Assembly: GCF_009914755.1 (NCBI RefSeq)
Contig: NC_060926.1
Origin: the human T2T-CHM13v2.0 reference genome, Homo sapiens
DNA: 64,000 bases
Strand: one strand, 5' to 3'
The notes under the pieces are model-generated. The model did no database searches and had not been told where the DNA came from. It saw only the letters and a program-made list of their open reading frames with translations. The position numbers and the translations under genes were made by a program. The number at the start of each line of letters is the position of its first letter. Position 1 is the first letter of the stretch. Below are positions 42,620-58,476 of this stretch, in pieces.

Positions 42620-43480
42620 CCAGTCTACATAAAATAGGGCAATATGATAGAGCACGTATGTGTGTGCTGAGAAGAGTGAGGAGTTGTGCAATACTTCAGC
42701 TAGGATAGGCAGGAAGAGCTCTCTGAGATGACATCTGAGCCAAACGGCCAGAGGGAGGCAGTAATGTGAGGATCTGAGGGAAGAGGGTTCTTCTAAGTAT
42801 AAAAGCCTAAAAATAGCAATAAATTTGAAGTGCTTCAGAAAGAAATATGGTCAGTATAGGTGAACCATGGCAGGGGATGGAAGATAAGAGTTTAAGGTGG
42901 AGAGGTAAAGCAGTTCACATACATTTGTAAACCATGAGAGTTTGGATTTATTCTAGCTGTAATGGGAAGTCTGGATATTGACTGGATAGTTTTAAACAAA
43001 GGGAAGGCAGGGTGATAAGATAAGACTTATGATTTAAAGAGGACACTTTAGCTACTTTAAAAAGAACAGATTCCAAGAGAGGAGGCAAGAATGACTGCAG
43101 ACAAAGTTAGGAGGTGGCTTTAGTGGTGCCAATGAGTGATAACCAGATAAGTGGTACTCAAGACTGTGGAGAACAAGAGGAGCGTTTGTACTAGGACTAT
43201 ATTTTAGAGATAGGCTAGATGTAGGATGTAAGATCATGAATGAAGATATAAAATTGACAGTTATCAAATGTGTTTAAAGTAACAAATCTGAGTGACATCA
43301 CCTAGAGAGAGCACTCCAACACTCAGATGACTGAGGGAGGAGAAGAACTTGGCAAGAGACTGAGAAGGACTGACCTAAAGTCAGAGAAAAACTAGGAGTA
43401 TGCTCTTATGAGAGCGAGGGAAAAAAATGTTTCAAGAAGGAAGGTGTATTCAACCGTCAGATACTATTTAGAGATAAAGA
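42620..43480 (-). mobile_element. L2 remnant
   Basis: Purine-rich gacatctgagc...gagtttggatttattct...aatgggaag...gactatattttagag is typical of antisense L2. Confidence 0.7.
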
Positions 43481-43765
43481 CAGATAAAATTTCTTATAAC
43501 TCAAGAGTCCAAAAGAGCTAAATTTTAGCTTTTCTAAATTCACTGAATTTTGAGAACATTTCCTCTTTCTATAAGCGCACTAATTATATAAAGTAAGAAA
43601 CCCTAAGATTTCCTACAGTCTGTGAAAGTGATCCTATCAGTCAAGAAGGTGGCCTACTTAGAAATCATAGCCACTTTCAAAGGCTCACATTCCAAATAAA
43701 ATGGCATAAATAAACACCAAAATAAAAAGTATACTTGACCAACTGCAGGATGGTCAACCAACTGA

Positions 43766-44187
<422 letters not shown>

Positions 44188-44491
44188 CTAAGGCTTCAGA
44201 ATTCTCTCTTATGGCCTAAAGGATCATTTAAGAACCTATCTTTTGTAAAAATAAAAACATAAAAAAACCATACTTGAGGTTCAGTAATTTCTTCTGTATT
44301 ATTTCTTTTTCTTTCAAACTCAAAATAAAATTTAGTAGTCTATTTGAAATAGCACATACACTACATGATCACATTTGTATAAAGTCATTTCTCTCTCTTA
44401 ATGACACCGACCAAATGCTAATGAGAATTTCTGGGAAGTGAGCTACTGAGTAATTTTTTAAAAACTTCTTCATCAGTTTTGTCTCATTTAA

Positions 44492-44800
<309 letters not shown>

Positions 44801-44831
44801 TTTTTAAGTCACTTTTTAAAAAAACAAAATA

Positions 44832-45140
44832 GGCCGGGCGTGGTGGCTCACACCTGTAACCCCAGCACTTTGGGAGGCCGAGGCGGGCAGATAACCTGAG
44901 GTCAGGAGTTCTAGACCAGCTTGGCCAATGTGGTGAAACCCCATCTCTAATAAAAATATAAATAATTAGCCAGGCTTGGTGGCATGCGCCTGTGGTCCCA
45001 GCTACTTGGGGATGCTGAGGCAGGAGCACTGCTTGAACCTGGGAGGTGGAGGTTGCAGTGAGCCAAGACGGTGCCACTGTACTCCAGCCGGAGCGACAAG
45101 AGTGAGACTACATCTCAAATAAACAAAACAAAACAAAAAA
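44832..45140 (+). mobile_element. AluSx/Sq-like
   Basis: Complete ggccgggcg head; TSD aaaaca.aata. Confidence 0.95.
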
Positions 45141-45529
45141 CACAATAAACAAGTTTAATTTGCACAAGGAGAAATACTCACATAATGCGTAACTAAAATG
45201 TTAACTATGGTAAACTCTCATTTAAAAAACTATTTGTTACAGAAAAAAAATTAACCATAATAGGCTTAAGCTGGATTCTATCACAGAGATTTCTTACCCA
45301 GCAATCCTACAGTGTTTCCTTTCACAACAAAGTACTCTTTTCAAACCTTCTTGACTTCCCTCACATTTCTAGTGCTTTCTAGTTCTCCCCTGCTACCTTA
45401 ACCTTCCCCACTTCACAGGGAAATGCATGTCATTTCTGGAGAGCCAACCCCCTTTTTGTTGTTACCTAACTAACTTTTCCTTCTTCCCAGCAGTAAAATA
45501 GACAACATCACCCCTTCTACTATTTCTGG

Positions 45530-46150
45530 TTAGTCTCCCTCCCATCTCTGTGCTGGATATTAGCCCCTCCCAAGGAAGTTTGCACCATAGATTGTTGCTT
45601 CTATTTCCTCAGACCTCAATCTATTACACCTCTCTCCTGTATTTGTATCTCCTCCATTTCCACTAACACTTTCTCATCAACATTTAAGCATGCTTAAGAT
45701 TCTGCATTAAATCAATCATGTCATTCACCCTGGACGTTAATTTCTCCTCTAGTTATTGCTTTCATTCCTCCAGTTCAGAGCCAAGCTTCTTGAAGGAGCT
45801 GTCTACATGTGCTCTCTCCACTTTTTCCGCCTATTTACAACTCAACCCACTATAGTCTGACATATGCCAGCACCAAGCTAACAAACTGATCTTAGAAAGG
45901 ACATCAGTGATTTGCCTTAATGATTTTAAATCTAACAGCCATTCTATAGGAATCTTGAATGACCACTCAGTAGCACCTAACTTCAGAGCACTGAAATAGT
46001 AGTCTCTTTCATTGCTTCTTTCTAACTGCATTCTCCTGATTTTCTTTTATTTTCTCTGGTCATTTCTTTTCTTGTTATAACTTCCCCATATATGTTGATG
46101 TCTTTCTTAGCTCTCTTCTCTTACCCCTCTATTACACTTTCACTAACAGA
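45530..46150 (+). mobile_element. L2 remnant
   Basis: Pyrimidine-rich ttctcatcaacatttaagcatgct...ctcaacccact..agtctg... Confidence 0.6.
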
Positions 46151-46790
46151 ATCTCCAACTCAGAACTCCCCTGAGTGGCTCCAATATACTCTGAGGCAGT
46201 ATCAAATGAAATAAACCAAAAAATATTTTTAGTTAGTTATATAAACCATTTCTAATATAAAATCTATTCACTAAGTGAATAAACGCAAAATGTCAATGCT
46301 TACTCTAAAATTATGACTTTTCTAATTTCTGTACCTCCCTTACTGAGGTCCACTCAAAACAGATATTTACGTGGTGAGATACATTTGACTATTCCTGTGG
46401 TACTGGACATTCTGCATGCTACTTATTTATTGGTATGATTTGGCAGAAATGATGAGTTGGCTCTTTTCAATGATTATAAATGGACTGAAGATTAATCAGT
46501 TTGCTCATTCACTCAAGGCCTGTTCTTACTCCATAAAGATGTGAGTAAAAAGGATAAATCTACACTCTGTTTAGGATGCTGAATCTAACCTGAAGGACTT
46601 CAGAAACAAAAATATACTTTGGAAATTCAGGACTTCAGTGAACCACTTTCCTATATTACTACATAAACTTGGGTTGTATTCAGTTTCTAGAGTAAAGAAT
46701 CCCTAGATAGACATAGAAATACATGATGTATTGAAGAGTAGAGGCTTCATTCACAGCAATACTTATAAACCATCTGTCATAGAAAACCTG

Positions 46791-47208
46791 GGCTATAGTT
46801 TCAATGTGTTCCGCGAAAGTTCATGTGTTGGAAACTTGATCTCCAATGCAGCAGTGTTGAGAAGTGGGATCTCTGGGAAGTGACTGGGTCATGAGGGCTC
46901 TGCCCCCACAATGGATTAAGCCATTCATGGATTTTTGGGTTATCAAGGGGGTGGGCTACTTATCACCAGAGTGGGTTTGTTATAAAAAGTTCGGCCATCT
47001 CTTATGAGCTCCACCACCATATGATGGCCTGTGCTGTGCTGCCTTGGGACTCTACAGAAAGTCCCCACTAGCAAGAAGACCCTCACCAGCTGCAGCCCGC
47101 TGACCTTGTACTTTCCAGGCTCCATGATTGTAAGAAATAAGTTTCTTTTCTTTATAAATTACTCAGTCTCAGGTATTCAGTTACAGCAAGAGAAAACATA
47201 TTAAGATA
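46791..47208 (+). mobile_element. MSTB/C-like MaLR solo LTR
   Basis: gctatagtttcaatgt...tcatgagggctctgccc...aagaaggccctcaccag-like...taaattactcagtctcaggtatt. Confidence 0.88.
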
Positions 47209-48851
47209 CCTTGATATTCCACATAGCATGTCTAGAGTTTTCTTGGGAATAAGAGGGTATGTAATCAAAATAGACCTATCTGACTTATGCTTTTTCCATA
47301 TTCTACCACTATACAATACAGAGACACAGAATTCCTTGGTATATAAACCAATGCATAAACTGCCACCCTTTCAACACATATGCAAACTACAATATGCCTT
47401 GTTAAATATAAGTTTTCCAATTGGAGAAAGCCTCCTTATATACCCAACAATGTGCTAAGTCTGTGAGAATTAAAATCAAAAGTCAAAATAAAAGGATCTT
47501 GATCTCAGTAACTGGACAATCTGGTTAGGAAACAAATTTAACCTATTAAAAAGGGAGAGCAATATTCACTAGCAAAGACTTTAAATCTAAGCATAATTAA
47601 TAACAGGTAGCAGCAAGGCCTTTAAAAATAGAAAAAATTAGAATAGGTTAAGAAGAAGAAGAAAGGCATGACAAGCAACAGGAGAAAGCATCAGATAAAA
47701 AATAAAATTTGAAATGAACAAAGCTTACTGGAGAGTTGATCACAGTGAGAAATTGTGTTGAAGAGTAGAAGATGATAAAAGGTGGGCATGGAGGATAGGG
47801 AAGTCCAAATATCAGGGTAAGTCTGGAGCTCATCTTCTAGTCAATAGGGAGCCAATCACGAGTCTTACATGAATGAGTAATACAGAAAGCAGCATTTTAG
47901 AAAGACTAACCAGAAGTAAAGAACCAGCTAAAAGGGAATCGCTGTTCTCTACATACGATCAGAAGAACGGCATTAGAATTCTGATGGGACACATGAAAAC
48001 AGGATGAACAGTGCAAATTAACTCAAGAAAACGATGTCAACCAGATAACCACTCTTCTAAAATGCAAACTTCAGAAAAAGAGAAATAAAATTATTACACA
48101 AATATATGGTCATATCAAATCACAGCACCAAAACAAACTATATGCTACATTATTTTACATTGCTTTCCAGTTTGTCCTACGCGTTAACAGTAAATGTTTT
48201 GAGTATTTATATTCTAATCCAGAGTCCCACCACAATCATTCAGAGGTTAGGGGCCAGATTCCTAAACCAATAGAAGATCAATTATTAAATACAATGTTAG
48301 AAATCAAGACAAGAATATACTGCTAAAAAAAAAACTTTATGTTTTCAAATTTCCAATCCATTCTTCAAAACAAAGTATTACCTTATGTCAGAACTCTGGT
48401 TCCCAACTTCCTTATAGTTCTCTAGCTCATTAATATTTCAAGAGAAGGGAGAGAGCTAAACATGCATTGGCAATTCATTTAATATCTATAGTTTTATTAA
48501 TAAACACTGGAAAATACAAACTCCTATTTATTTTCCATAAATGACATGACAAAAATTCTTTATTGCATTGGGGTGCGAGTGGGGATGTGAACGGGACGAG
48601 GGACGAGGTATAAAACTAGTTATTGCACACTCCAAAAGCTCTGATTTGAAAATATAGTTTAAGCCCTGGTTTACAGAAACACTTTAAAACTCTAGTCTTA
48701 ATCTAGCTAAAGCTCCTTACCATCTTGGCAACAAAAGCAATTTGAGCAATTTGAGCAAAACCATAATCTAATTTAACCTAAAGCTTGTAATATGTATCTT
48801 TGCATTAAGTAAGATGTGTAGTTTTAATTACTTTCCTTAAGTTAGAAAGTA

Positions 48852-49150
48852 GGGCCCAGTGCAGTGGCTCACGCCTGTAATCCCAGCACTTTGGGAGGCC
48901 TAGGTGGGCAGATCACCTAAGGTCAGGAGTTCGAGACCAGCCTGGCCAACATAGTGAAACCCTGTCTTTACTAAAAATACAAAATTAGCCGGGCATGGTG
49001 GTGCCTGTAGTACCAGCTACTCAGGAGGCTGAGGCAGGAGAATTGTTTGAACCTGGGGAGGTGGAGGTTGTAGTGGGTGGAGATTGGGCCACTGCACTCC
49101 AGCCTGGGTGACAGAGTAAGACTCCGTCTCAAAAAATAAAAATAAAAAAA
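48852..49150 (+). mobile_element. AluSx-like
   Basis: Full dimer; TSD agtta.aaagt.gg. Confidence 0.95.
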
Positions 49151-50611
49151 AGTTAAAAAGTGGGAGAAGAGCATCTCAATTTATTATATTCACTTCAAAA
49201 ATCAATTTGCCTTTCTTAAAACAAGGCAAATTTTGGAATACACAAAATAACTAATAGCACATTCTGCTAACAAGATTCCACTCAAAAAGATGTAGGTTTA
49301 CGTTTCTAGCCTTCAGAGTTTGAAACAAATGAAAAGAGTCGTATTAATCAGTGAATATATATTTAGATCTCTGGAGAAACAAAATATTTTGTAAATATAT
49401 AAAAATGGAAATAATTGGTCTAGTAATGTAAACTGTTAATTACTTGATGCAAAAGCATAATGGAATAGTATAACTGGAACTGGTGGGTTGTACTGATTTA
49501 CAATAAGATATCAATCAAAAGTAACTCTTAAGTCTTTAATATTTGTTTTCCAGGGAAAAGTCTATTAAAATAGATATAACAAAGGCCATAAAATAATCCA
49601 GTCTGTGCTAGTCTAATTGTTTAATGCTAGAATAGAAAACAGAACTACAAGTAGCCAGAAGAATGTGCTTTTGCTTTGCTTCTCTCCCCTCTCCTCTTCC
49701 TTCCTCCTCTCTCGTTACAGGAAACAGCTCTAAAACTCAATCTAGACCAAGAGGAATAAAACTACCATCCCTTTGACACATTCAAAAGTTGATTAAGTTT
49801 TCAAAAAGCTTAGTAAAATAAAAGGCATATGTAGCTGACTTTGAGGGACTAGTCTAAAATTAAAGAAATTATAAATGATTCCTACAGGACTTTCACGCAA
49901 AGTAAACTTACATGGGAGCAATCAAGCAAGGCTGTAAGTAAAAATAATTCCAAACCTTGAGATAAACAGATATTTAGCATAGGAGAGAATAATAAAGTGG
50001 GTCAATTCAGTTCTGAGAAACCTTAAAAATTGTTATTTTCTTCTAATTTTAAGAGTTCTCTTAAATTAAAAATAATATACTTTAAAGCAGTGAAAAACAA
50101 TATTGAATAGTAAGATGAGATAAAGAGAAAGCACGTAGAAAGACATGAAAAACATTAAAATTGGAGCTTATATTTAGTATAGTAGCAATCAAAAAAGCCT
50201 TCTGGTTATCACTGACACCACTTAACTGACAAGAAGCAACACATTACAATATTATACAGTGTAATTCTTCTAAATGTACAGAACACCAGAAAATTCTGCC
50301 TAACAGTTACTGGTATTATACTTGTACTGTAGATAATTAGACATCCGCACCATTAAAGAATCCTTAAAGTCACTTAAAAGTTATGAATTATAACCCAGAG
50401 TCAACACCTGTACTTAATTATATTCAATTGCTCAAGGGTTTTAAATTTTTAGTTGCTGCAACATAGCAACTCTTTTCAAAGAAGTAGGCAAAAAAGAAGT
50501 ATCTTAATGAGAACTAGCATTCGGCTTTCAACAAGATTTTTCACTTCTTATTCCTTATTATATAACAGATACTTTAAATGTGTAAAAGGCAAAATTAACC
50601 AATGTTATTTT

Positions 50612-50906
50612 GTTTTTGTTTTGAGGTGGGGTCTTGTTCTGTTGCCCAGGCTGGAGTGCAGTGGCACAATCACGACTCATTGCAGCCTTGATCTCCTGGT
50701 CTTAAGCCATCCTACTGCCTCAGCCTCCTGAGTAGGTGGAACTACGAGTGCCTGCCACTGAGTCTGGCTAATTTTTTTGTTTGTTTTCAGTAGACATGAG
50801 GTCTTGTTATCTCGCCCAGGCTGATCTTGAACTGCTGGGTGGAAGCAATCCTCCCGCCTCAGCTGCCCAAAGTGCTGGGATTACACGTGAGCTGCTGCAC
50901 TCAGCC
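50612..50906 (-). mobile_element. AluJ
   Basis: cattgcagccttgatctcctgg; TSD aa.caatg.tattttg. Confidence 0.93.
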
Positions 50907-51649
50907 AATCAATGCTATTTTGAATTAATATTGAGATTCTGCCCTACTTCCAATATTGAGCTGACTGTTTCTGTTGTATTTACCCTTTGCAATAGCCATC
51001 TCGCTATTTTCTTAACTTACAAAACATCACTTAGCCTTCTGCCTGTAGAAATAGCCCTGTATAAACTGACCTTGCCCTCACCCTTCAAACCTTACCATCA
51101 CCAACTCTCCAGAAATCCTCAGCTCAAGCCAAACTCTTGTGCTGACTCATAAAGGCCAGAAAGTTCCTCATGTTCAACTGTCACTGTATTTTTTTCCCAC
51201 TGCCTTTTTTGGGCCTAAAAGATAAAAAAAAATCCTTTCTTTCTATTACAAATTACATCCGTCCTTAAAATGTACAGTTTAGTTTCCCCTCATTTACAAG
51301 GCAATTCTAGAGGAATTCAGGTCTAAGAGATCTCTACCATACTTGAGTCATAGAGGAGTTGTAGAGACTTGTCTGGAATAAAGTACAGTAAAACTGGTGG
51401 TTACATATTTTACCTTAAATATGGCTTCTGAGAAAATCCATTTTTACACCGAAAAAAATGCAAACACAGAAATTAACAAAAACTAGAATTCTGTCTTTAT
51501 TAGCAATACTGTAAGATATGGATAAAGGGGACATGTGAACCATTCATTATTCAAGAAATAAACTAAACAGCAAATCAGAGCTTAAATTTTTCTAACATTG
51601 GCACCCACAATATCCATTTTCAATCAAACTGAATTACTATCAATGCTTT

Positions 51650-52045
51650 CATTTCTCATCTTTCATGCTGTTACTCATCCCTCTGCTTGGAATATTCTTC
51701 CTTCTTACTTCTGCCTTTCAAAAAAACCTTACATATCTTTCATGGCCTTAATGAAATGTCACTGAAATGGTATCTCCATAGCAATATGCCTTCTCTAACC
51801 ATACCCTCTATTTGAACTGCCACAATAATCTATCCATTCTATTCATCTGACCTATAGCATGTACATCTAGTGTTAGAATATGTGATTCTATGCCTAGTTA
51901 CCTAAGCTTGGGGATTATGTGTATCTTAAGTGTCTTTCTAGTTCCCACAAGGGCCCTGATCAGAGCTGATGCACAACAGGCCCAAAAAAGGGGTGAGCAA
52001 AAATACAAGTGAAGACATGACTGAAGAAGGAATCAATGAATGAAA
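51650..52045 (+). mobile_element. L2 3' remnant
   Basis: ccctctgcttggaat...aaatgtcac...aatgaatgaa tail. Confidence 0.55.
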
Positions 52046-52629
52046 GAACGCCTCAAGCAGTTATTGGCACTTGAATGAAAAACTGTTAGAGGGAAACTAC
52101 AGATTCTAGATGAAGCTAAACATGCAGCACAACAGAAAAAGATCAATTTCACAGCACACAATAAGACATTTAGTGAGCATTTCAAAGAAACTAGTGCTAA
52201 GCATATCAATCACAAAAATTACTAGAGAAGCAAAGCATAAAACATGGCAAACTACAGACTGCAATAGAAGACACAAGAAATTTCTTGTTATCTCTTCATC
52301 CCTGAATTGCTTAACTATTAGTGAAGGACAGACAATTACCTTCTGAAGACTTCTTGGGTGTTTGCATTAGATTACATATTTTAGTAAATACAAACAATTG
52401 TTTAAATGTATAAGTCAAACTAAGGAGCGGGAACACATACCTACATACTATAACTAAGACCAATGAATGTAGCAATAAAAAAAGAGAAAAAAGACAGACC
52501 GAGAGAGCAGGGATAGATCAGCATGAATCAGGATTAAGGAGGGAAGGTCAGCATAAAGACGAGGACTTTCAGGGACAGATATTTGCAAAGGGACGCAGAG
52601 AGTAAAGAAGAAATTCCAGCAGGATGGAA

Positions 52630-52870
52630 GTATAACAGAAGTGATTAAGGGCACATACTCTGGAATCAGAACATCTGGATTCAAATCTGGATTTCAGACT
52701 GACTGATTAGTTGTTGGATGAATTTCTCTATGCCTTAGTTTCCTCTGTAAAATGTACACAATAACAGTACCTACCTCCTAAGACTGTCCTGAAGATTTAG
52801 AGTGATAATGTATGTAAACAGCTTAGGACAGGACCTCATACAGAGCAGGCCCTCAATGTATTTAACTATT
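52630..52870 (+). mobile_element. MIR
   Basis: ctctggaatcaga...ctggattcaaatct...ttagtttcct.ctgtaaaatg...gtacctacctc. Confidence 0.75.
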
Positions 52871-52909
52871 AAATATATTTATAAATGAAAAGCTAAAGAC
52901 AAGGTATAC

Positions 52910-53115
52910 CAGGGTTCCTCAACCTTGGCACTACAAACATTTTGGGACAGATAATTATTTGTCGTGAAGGGCTGACCTGTGCATTGTAGGATGTTTAATG
53001 GCAACCCCTGGCCTCTATAAACTAGATGCCAGTAACACACACGCACACAAGCACCCCAGCTATAAAGATAAAAAATCTCCAGACATTGCCAACCTACAGT
53101 TGAAATGCATTAGTA
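52910..53115 (+). mobile_element. MER20 (hAT-Charlie)
   Basis: ctcaaccttggcacta...ggacagataatt...gtgcattgtaggatgttta...ctagatgccagta...ccagacattgcc. Confidence 0.88.
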
Positions 53116-53213
53116 CATACTGAAAGACAAAAATTGTGCTATGTAGTAACCAAAAGATATTACCATAGGTTCAAATGTGTAGATGTCAATTAATGGAAAG
53201 GCTCTAACACTGA

Positions 53214-53643
<430 letters not shown>

Positions 53644-56600
53644 TGATTCTGTCAATTATGTTGAAGATCTAATAGCTTGGAGAGAGACTGATGGTCACAA
53701 AGTAGTTGACTGTTGGGTAGTAGTAACAGAAATGACATCAAAATGGTCAAATCTAAAAAAAAAAAAAAATGAAAGAAAACAAAGTAGAATTTACAAAGTT
53801 TTTTGGTCTAGTGGGCAAAAAGAATGATAACAAACTGAGAAGAAATAAAATGTGGCATGTCATCCACTTGGAGGTGTATAAATAGTTAAAAAGATACATA
53901 TTTTAAGAGACATGTTTAACAAATGTTTACTGGATGTTAATCACAAAGAGAATGGTGCCAGGAGCTGGAAGGCAAATTTCTGAGATAAGAAAAAGCGGAA
54001 CACAACTAGTTTCTGCTTTCAAAAGTGATTACAGCCTAACAGGGGAGACAGATCAGCATATAATAAAAACAAGAAAGTAAACCCAAGATGAAGGGGAACA
54101 GGGAAGGAGTCAGTATTCACACAAGTTGATGGAAAAAGACAGCCTTCAAGGTTTCAAATTTGAGCACTGGTGTTATGTAGATGCCATTTAAAAGTTATAC
54201 TAAGAGTCATGTACAGGTTTTGATGAAAGTATAAACTATTTTTAATCCCATATTTAAGTGTATTTTGATGCTGTGAGAAGAGAGAAAATACTGTCTCTGC
54301 TGGAATTTGAAACTAGTGTTTAAATGCTTGGAAAATGTAAACATGGGACAGGTATTAATCAGTCAAGTAAATGCCTGGCTGTTTAAAAAAACTATTTTAT
54401 AACCTTTATTCATAATGTCAATGGATTTTGACTTCTATCTAATTTTTCTAAGATATAGAAGGGGAAATACAGAAATGTAAGAGGGATGACTCACCAAGAA
54501 CACCTAGTGTTATAATAGGAAGATGATGGTCTGATTAAATCCACATTACACAATAGAGATCACATTCTTGGGTCCAAATGAAAAGTACTGTGATGGTAGA
54601 TGCCCTGAAACCAGATAATATACCTCACAAAATACACCATTAAATGCATTAACACACAGTTCTAAAATGAGAGTAGAAACATGTAAGAAAGGATAAGACC
54701 TAGGGAGATGAAGGACAAGCAAGCAACCACATCCTTTGGGAGCAGACTGTGTAAGGGAGGCCACTGCATCCTCAATACTTTTCTGATGTAACCCACCTCA
54801 ACTGGCCCAACAAAATGGGTATGATCTCCCTGAGATCTTTCTAGAATTTCTACTGCAATCTTATAACGTCCTAGTCAGTCTACAAGATCTAGTCCTCACC
54901 AGTTAAGCTAGAGCTATCACCACCAGGTGGTGCCAAATCAAAGCCAGTATCAGAATGGATTTGGATGGGCCAGGACCTTGTGACACCCCTTATTCCCCTG
55001 TGGTCAGCTGTGCAGGTTCATCCTGTCATTTCATTCACCTAGAAATACAGTGATCGCATATTTTATGCAAATGAAACTTTTGGACCCACACAGCACGTTA
55101 TGGTACAGAAGGGGTGGTTATTGTATTATATTCTTGGTGGGCGACAGACAGTACAACCGGGCTGTTTTAAGACTAGTTACAAATGAATACATTAAAAAAA
55201 TTTCTTTCCTGCTTTATGCCATATTTCATTAATATAAACTCAGATACAGTCTTGAAAGTAATCAGAAAATCATAAATAAGAATGCAGTGTACAAAAAGTT
55301 CTGACATCATCAAGACTTTAGTTAAATATGAATACATTTAATGCATCAAGGCTCTTACTAAGGAGCCATGATCTTTACGCCATGATTTTCCACAAAAATG
55401 AAAGGATATTATCAACGATCCTCCTGCAAAAAGTTCAGTGATCCCATTAGCTCTTTTGTCTACAGAACTATTTTGTCTTTAGAGCAAAAAACAGGGGGAC
55501 TATTGTAATAAAGTAGAGAAATCTCTCCACCTATTTACCCCTCCAATGTAAAATCAGAACGAAAAAACTATGAATATTTATCTAAAGTCCTCTAAGAATC
55601 ACCTCAAATTTTACAGTAAAAGACTTCATGGCAAACTTATTCCCCTCCATTTCCATCTAATCCCCCCACCATGGGATTTTAGCACTGCTAATATGTTATA
55701 CCTGTCAAGATCTGATGACTGTATGTTATGTATTCATCTGAACAGAACCACTACACTTAGTTACAGGCTATCATCAACCAATTCATTCTCTTGCTAAAAT
55801 CAAGTCATCCAATTACTCCTTGACTAATCAAGGCTGTTTTGGCTTTTTCTTTTTTCAAAAGGTACTCAACAGCATAAACAGTTCACTTACAAGAAATGGA
55901 AAGGGGCTAATCAGCAGAATTATTGTTTTGCTGCTACAATTTGCAGTATTTAAATTTAGTTGCTGATTGGACTGAAAGTTTTATGATATAGCATATGAAA
56001 CTAGTTTAATACAACTGTGAAGCTGTGTAGCTGTATTGTCTTGCCACGGCTATATTGGTCTACTTTGTAGGATAAATAAGTGACTACTTTCTTTAAAATA
56101 AGGATATTTTAAAATAATAAGTTTTAGTGTACTTTCCCACATACACTGATTTTATAAACAAAGGTACACAGCTATTCATTCCCCAGTATTGTTTTTAAAG
56201 TTAGCACCTGCATGCAACACCATACACATGTGTGTGTTACATGTGTACAAAAAAACCCACAACTGCTTTGGTTTTTCACTTACATTTATTTTGGATTTTA
56301 AGCAATAATAAACTAAGGACAGAATTATTATTTAAGAAAATAAGACTTATCTAAATGTTTAAAATAAATACATGTTACTGCTTATATAATAAATAAAATG
56401 ATTAACATTACTTCTAAAATGGGGAGTATTACAATTATAAGAATAATTCTGGGTGCCATAAACTATAAAGTTATTATCCATCAGTATTGCTATTCCTATC
56501 TATATAGAATGTCTGAGAGAACATCCAACAAAATGACTAATGTTGGAACTCAGACTAAAGCCTTGAGTTATATTTATGTTATGTATATATTTATTACAAA

Positions 56601-57339
56601 GTATTTAAAGAAAATGTTTTTATATGTCACACCTTGATTAAAATCTTCAGAAAATTTTGAAAAGAGATGAGATCCAGTCTTGAGACTGAGATTTATTTAC
56701 TTCATTAAATACAGCGATATATTAACCAAACTAACAAGTTTTACTTCATAGGAGAAAATAAATTTATAAAATGCTATTATATTAAAATAATTTAACTTTT
56801 TAAAACCTTAAACCATAAATAAATTCTTTGTACCTTGAAATAACAATATACATTAATCATCAACAAGAACATACATCTTAGAAAATACAACATACATATA
56901 GGATTAAAACAATTTCTGAATTTTTTATACATATGCACATAGAAGTAACATTTCATAGAAGTAATCCTCCATAGGCTTATATTTTGCATACTAAAACCTA
57001 TCTGGAAATGAAATTCTATACAAAATTGTAAAACTATACTTCCACTAAATGTCTGATACGGTTATTCAACGTATAAACATTTCAGCAAAGTCTTGATTTC
57101 AGAAATGCATTAACAAGGCATATAAATGCCAGTACATTTCAAACAAATTATTCTCAATTTTTTAAAAATTGCTACCTTTTAATAATATTTTTGAAAAGAG
57201 ATTCAACCTGGTTATGCTGAGATTCAAAAAAGCAAATAAATTAAAAACCAAAATAAATGAACAGAGAACTAATATTCTTTAAAGATGAATACTTCCCAGA
57301 GTAGGCACACCTGCCAATATATTAAAAATAAGTAAAATC

Positions 57340-57670
57340 AACTACAAAAGTAATAAATCAAATGCCATGGTAGACTTGACTTCTCGAGACAGCATTTTCA
57401 AGCCGTCTTTGTGGCTTTGTTTGGCGCCATGGTCCTTTAAGTTTTGTCTTCATAAAGCCCTAACTAGTTGTAATCATTTGCAGCCTAATTGTGGACATTT
57501 ATCTGCTTTTCTTATGCATAGAACATAGCTATTAAAGCTGAATGGTGATGGTGTGAAGTATAGGTTAAATTGGGTGAAATTAAAGCAAATTACTCCGGGA
57601 TGTGGAAATCTGAAAATAGAAACCACCAATGATTTGCAACCCTCTTGATGATCAGCTTCACAGAACCCTA
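57340..57670. promoter_or_regulatory. Candidate ultraconserved/enhancer element in intron 4
   Basis: Island of complex unique sequence with CTTTGT, TAATC, TAATTG and TGATTTGC motifs in a very AT-rich, repeat-free flank. Conservation is inferred. Confidence 0.55.
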
Positions 57671-58181
57671 AACGACAAGAAAACTTACATATTTTAAAGT
57701 TAACTAGGTTTTTAAAAATAATATGTATAAATGTATTTTTAACTACAGCACCTCTTGGTAATGGTGGAAAGATTATTTGTTTAACTCAGCTGCAACGTTA
57801 AAAAGATCATGAGTTTCTATTTTAAATAGTGAAGTTCATTTTTTAAATAAGATTTCCATTTCTTCATATAAATTTTTACCTATAAGAATGCATCCAACTA
57901 TATCACATACATAGTTAATACAATGCCATATAATATTTTGCTAGCTAAGTTTTAATCCTGAATAAAAGTATAATATGAGACAACATAAGTTATAGTAACA
58001 AAAGCAAACTAACAATGTAAACATAAATGTATTATATGCCTATAACTTATATAGGCCTACTTATACACATGCTGTATATAAATATGCATGTGACTAGCAT
58101 AAAGAAAAATACACAGTGGCCTAGAAATAAATGTAAAACAGTAAAATATAAGAACTTTATTTTCATTTATCTAAAATCTTA

Positions 58182-58420
<239 letters not shown>

Positions 58421-58457
<37 letters not shown>

Positions 58458-58476
58458 TAGACACACATACATACAT
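58421..58476. repeat. Compound (AC)14-(TAGA)n-(CATA)n microsatellite
   Basis: Seen directly. Confidence 0.9.

Noticed and set aside
46445-46595. C/D box snoRNA (ATGATGA ... CTGA)
   Set aside because: It is antisense to the host gene with no terminal stem, and these motifs are common by chance.
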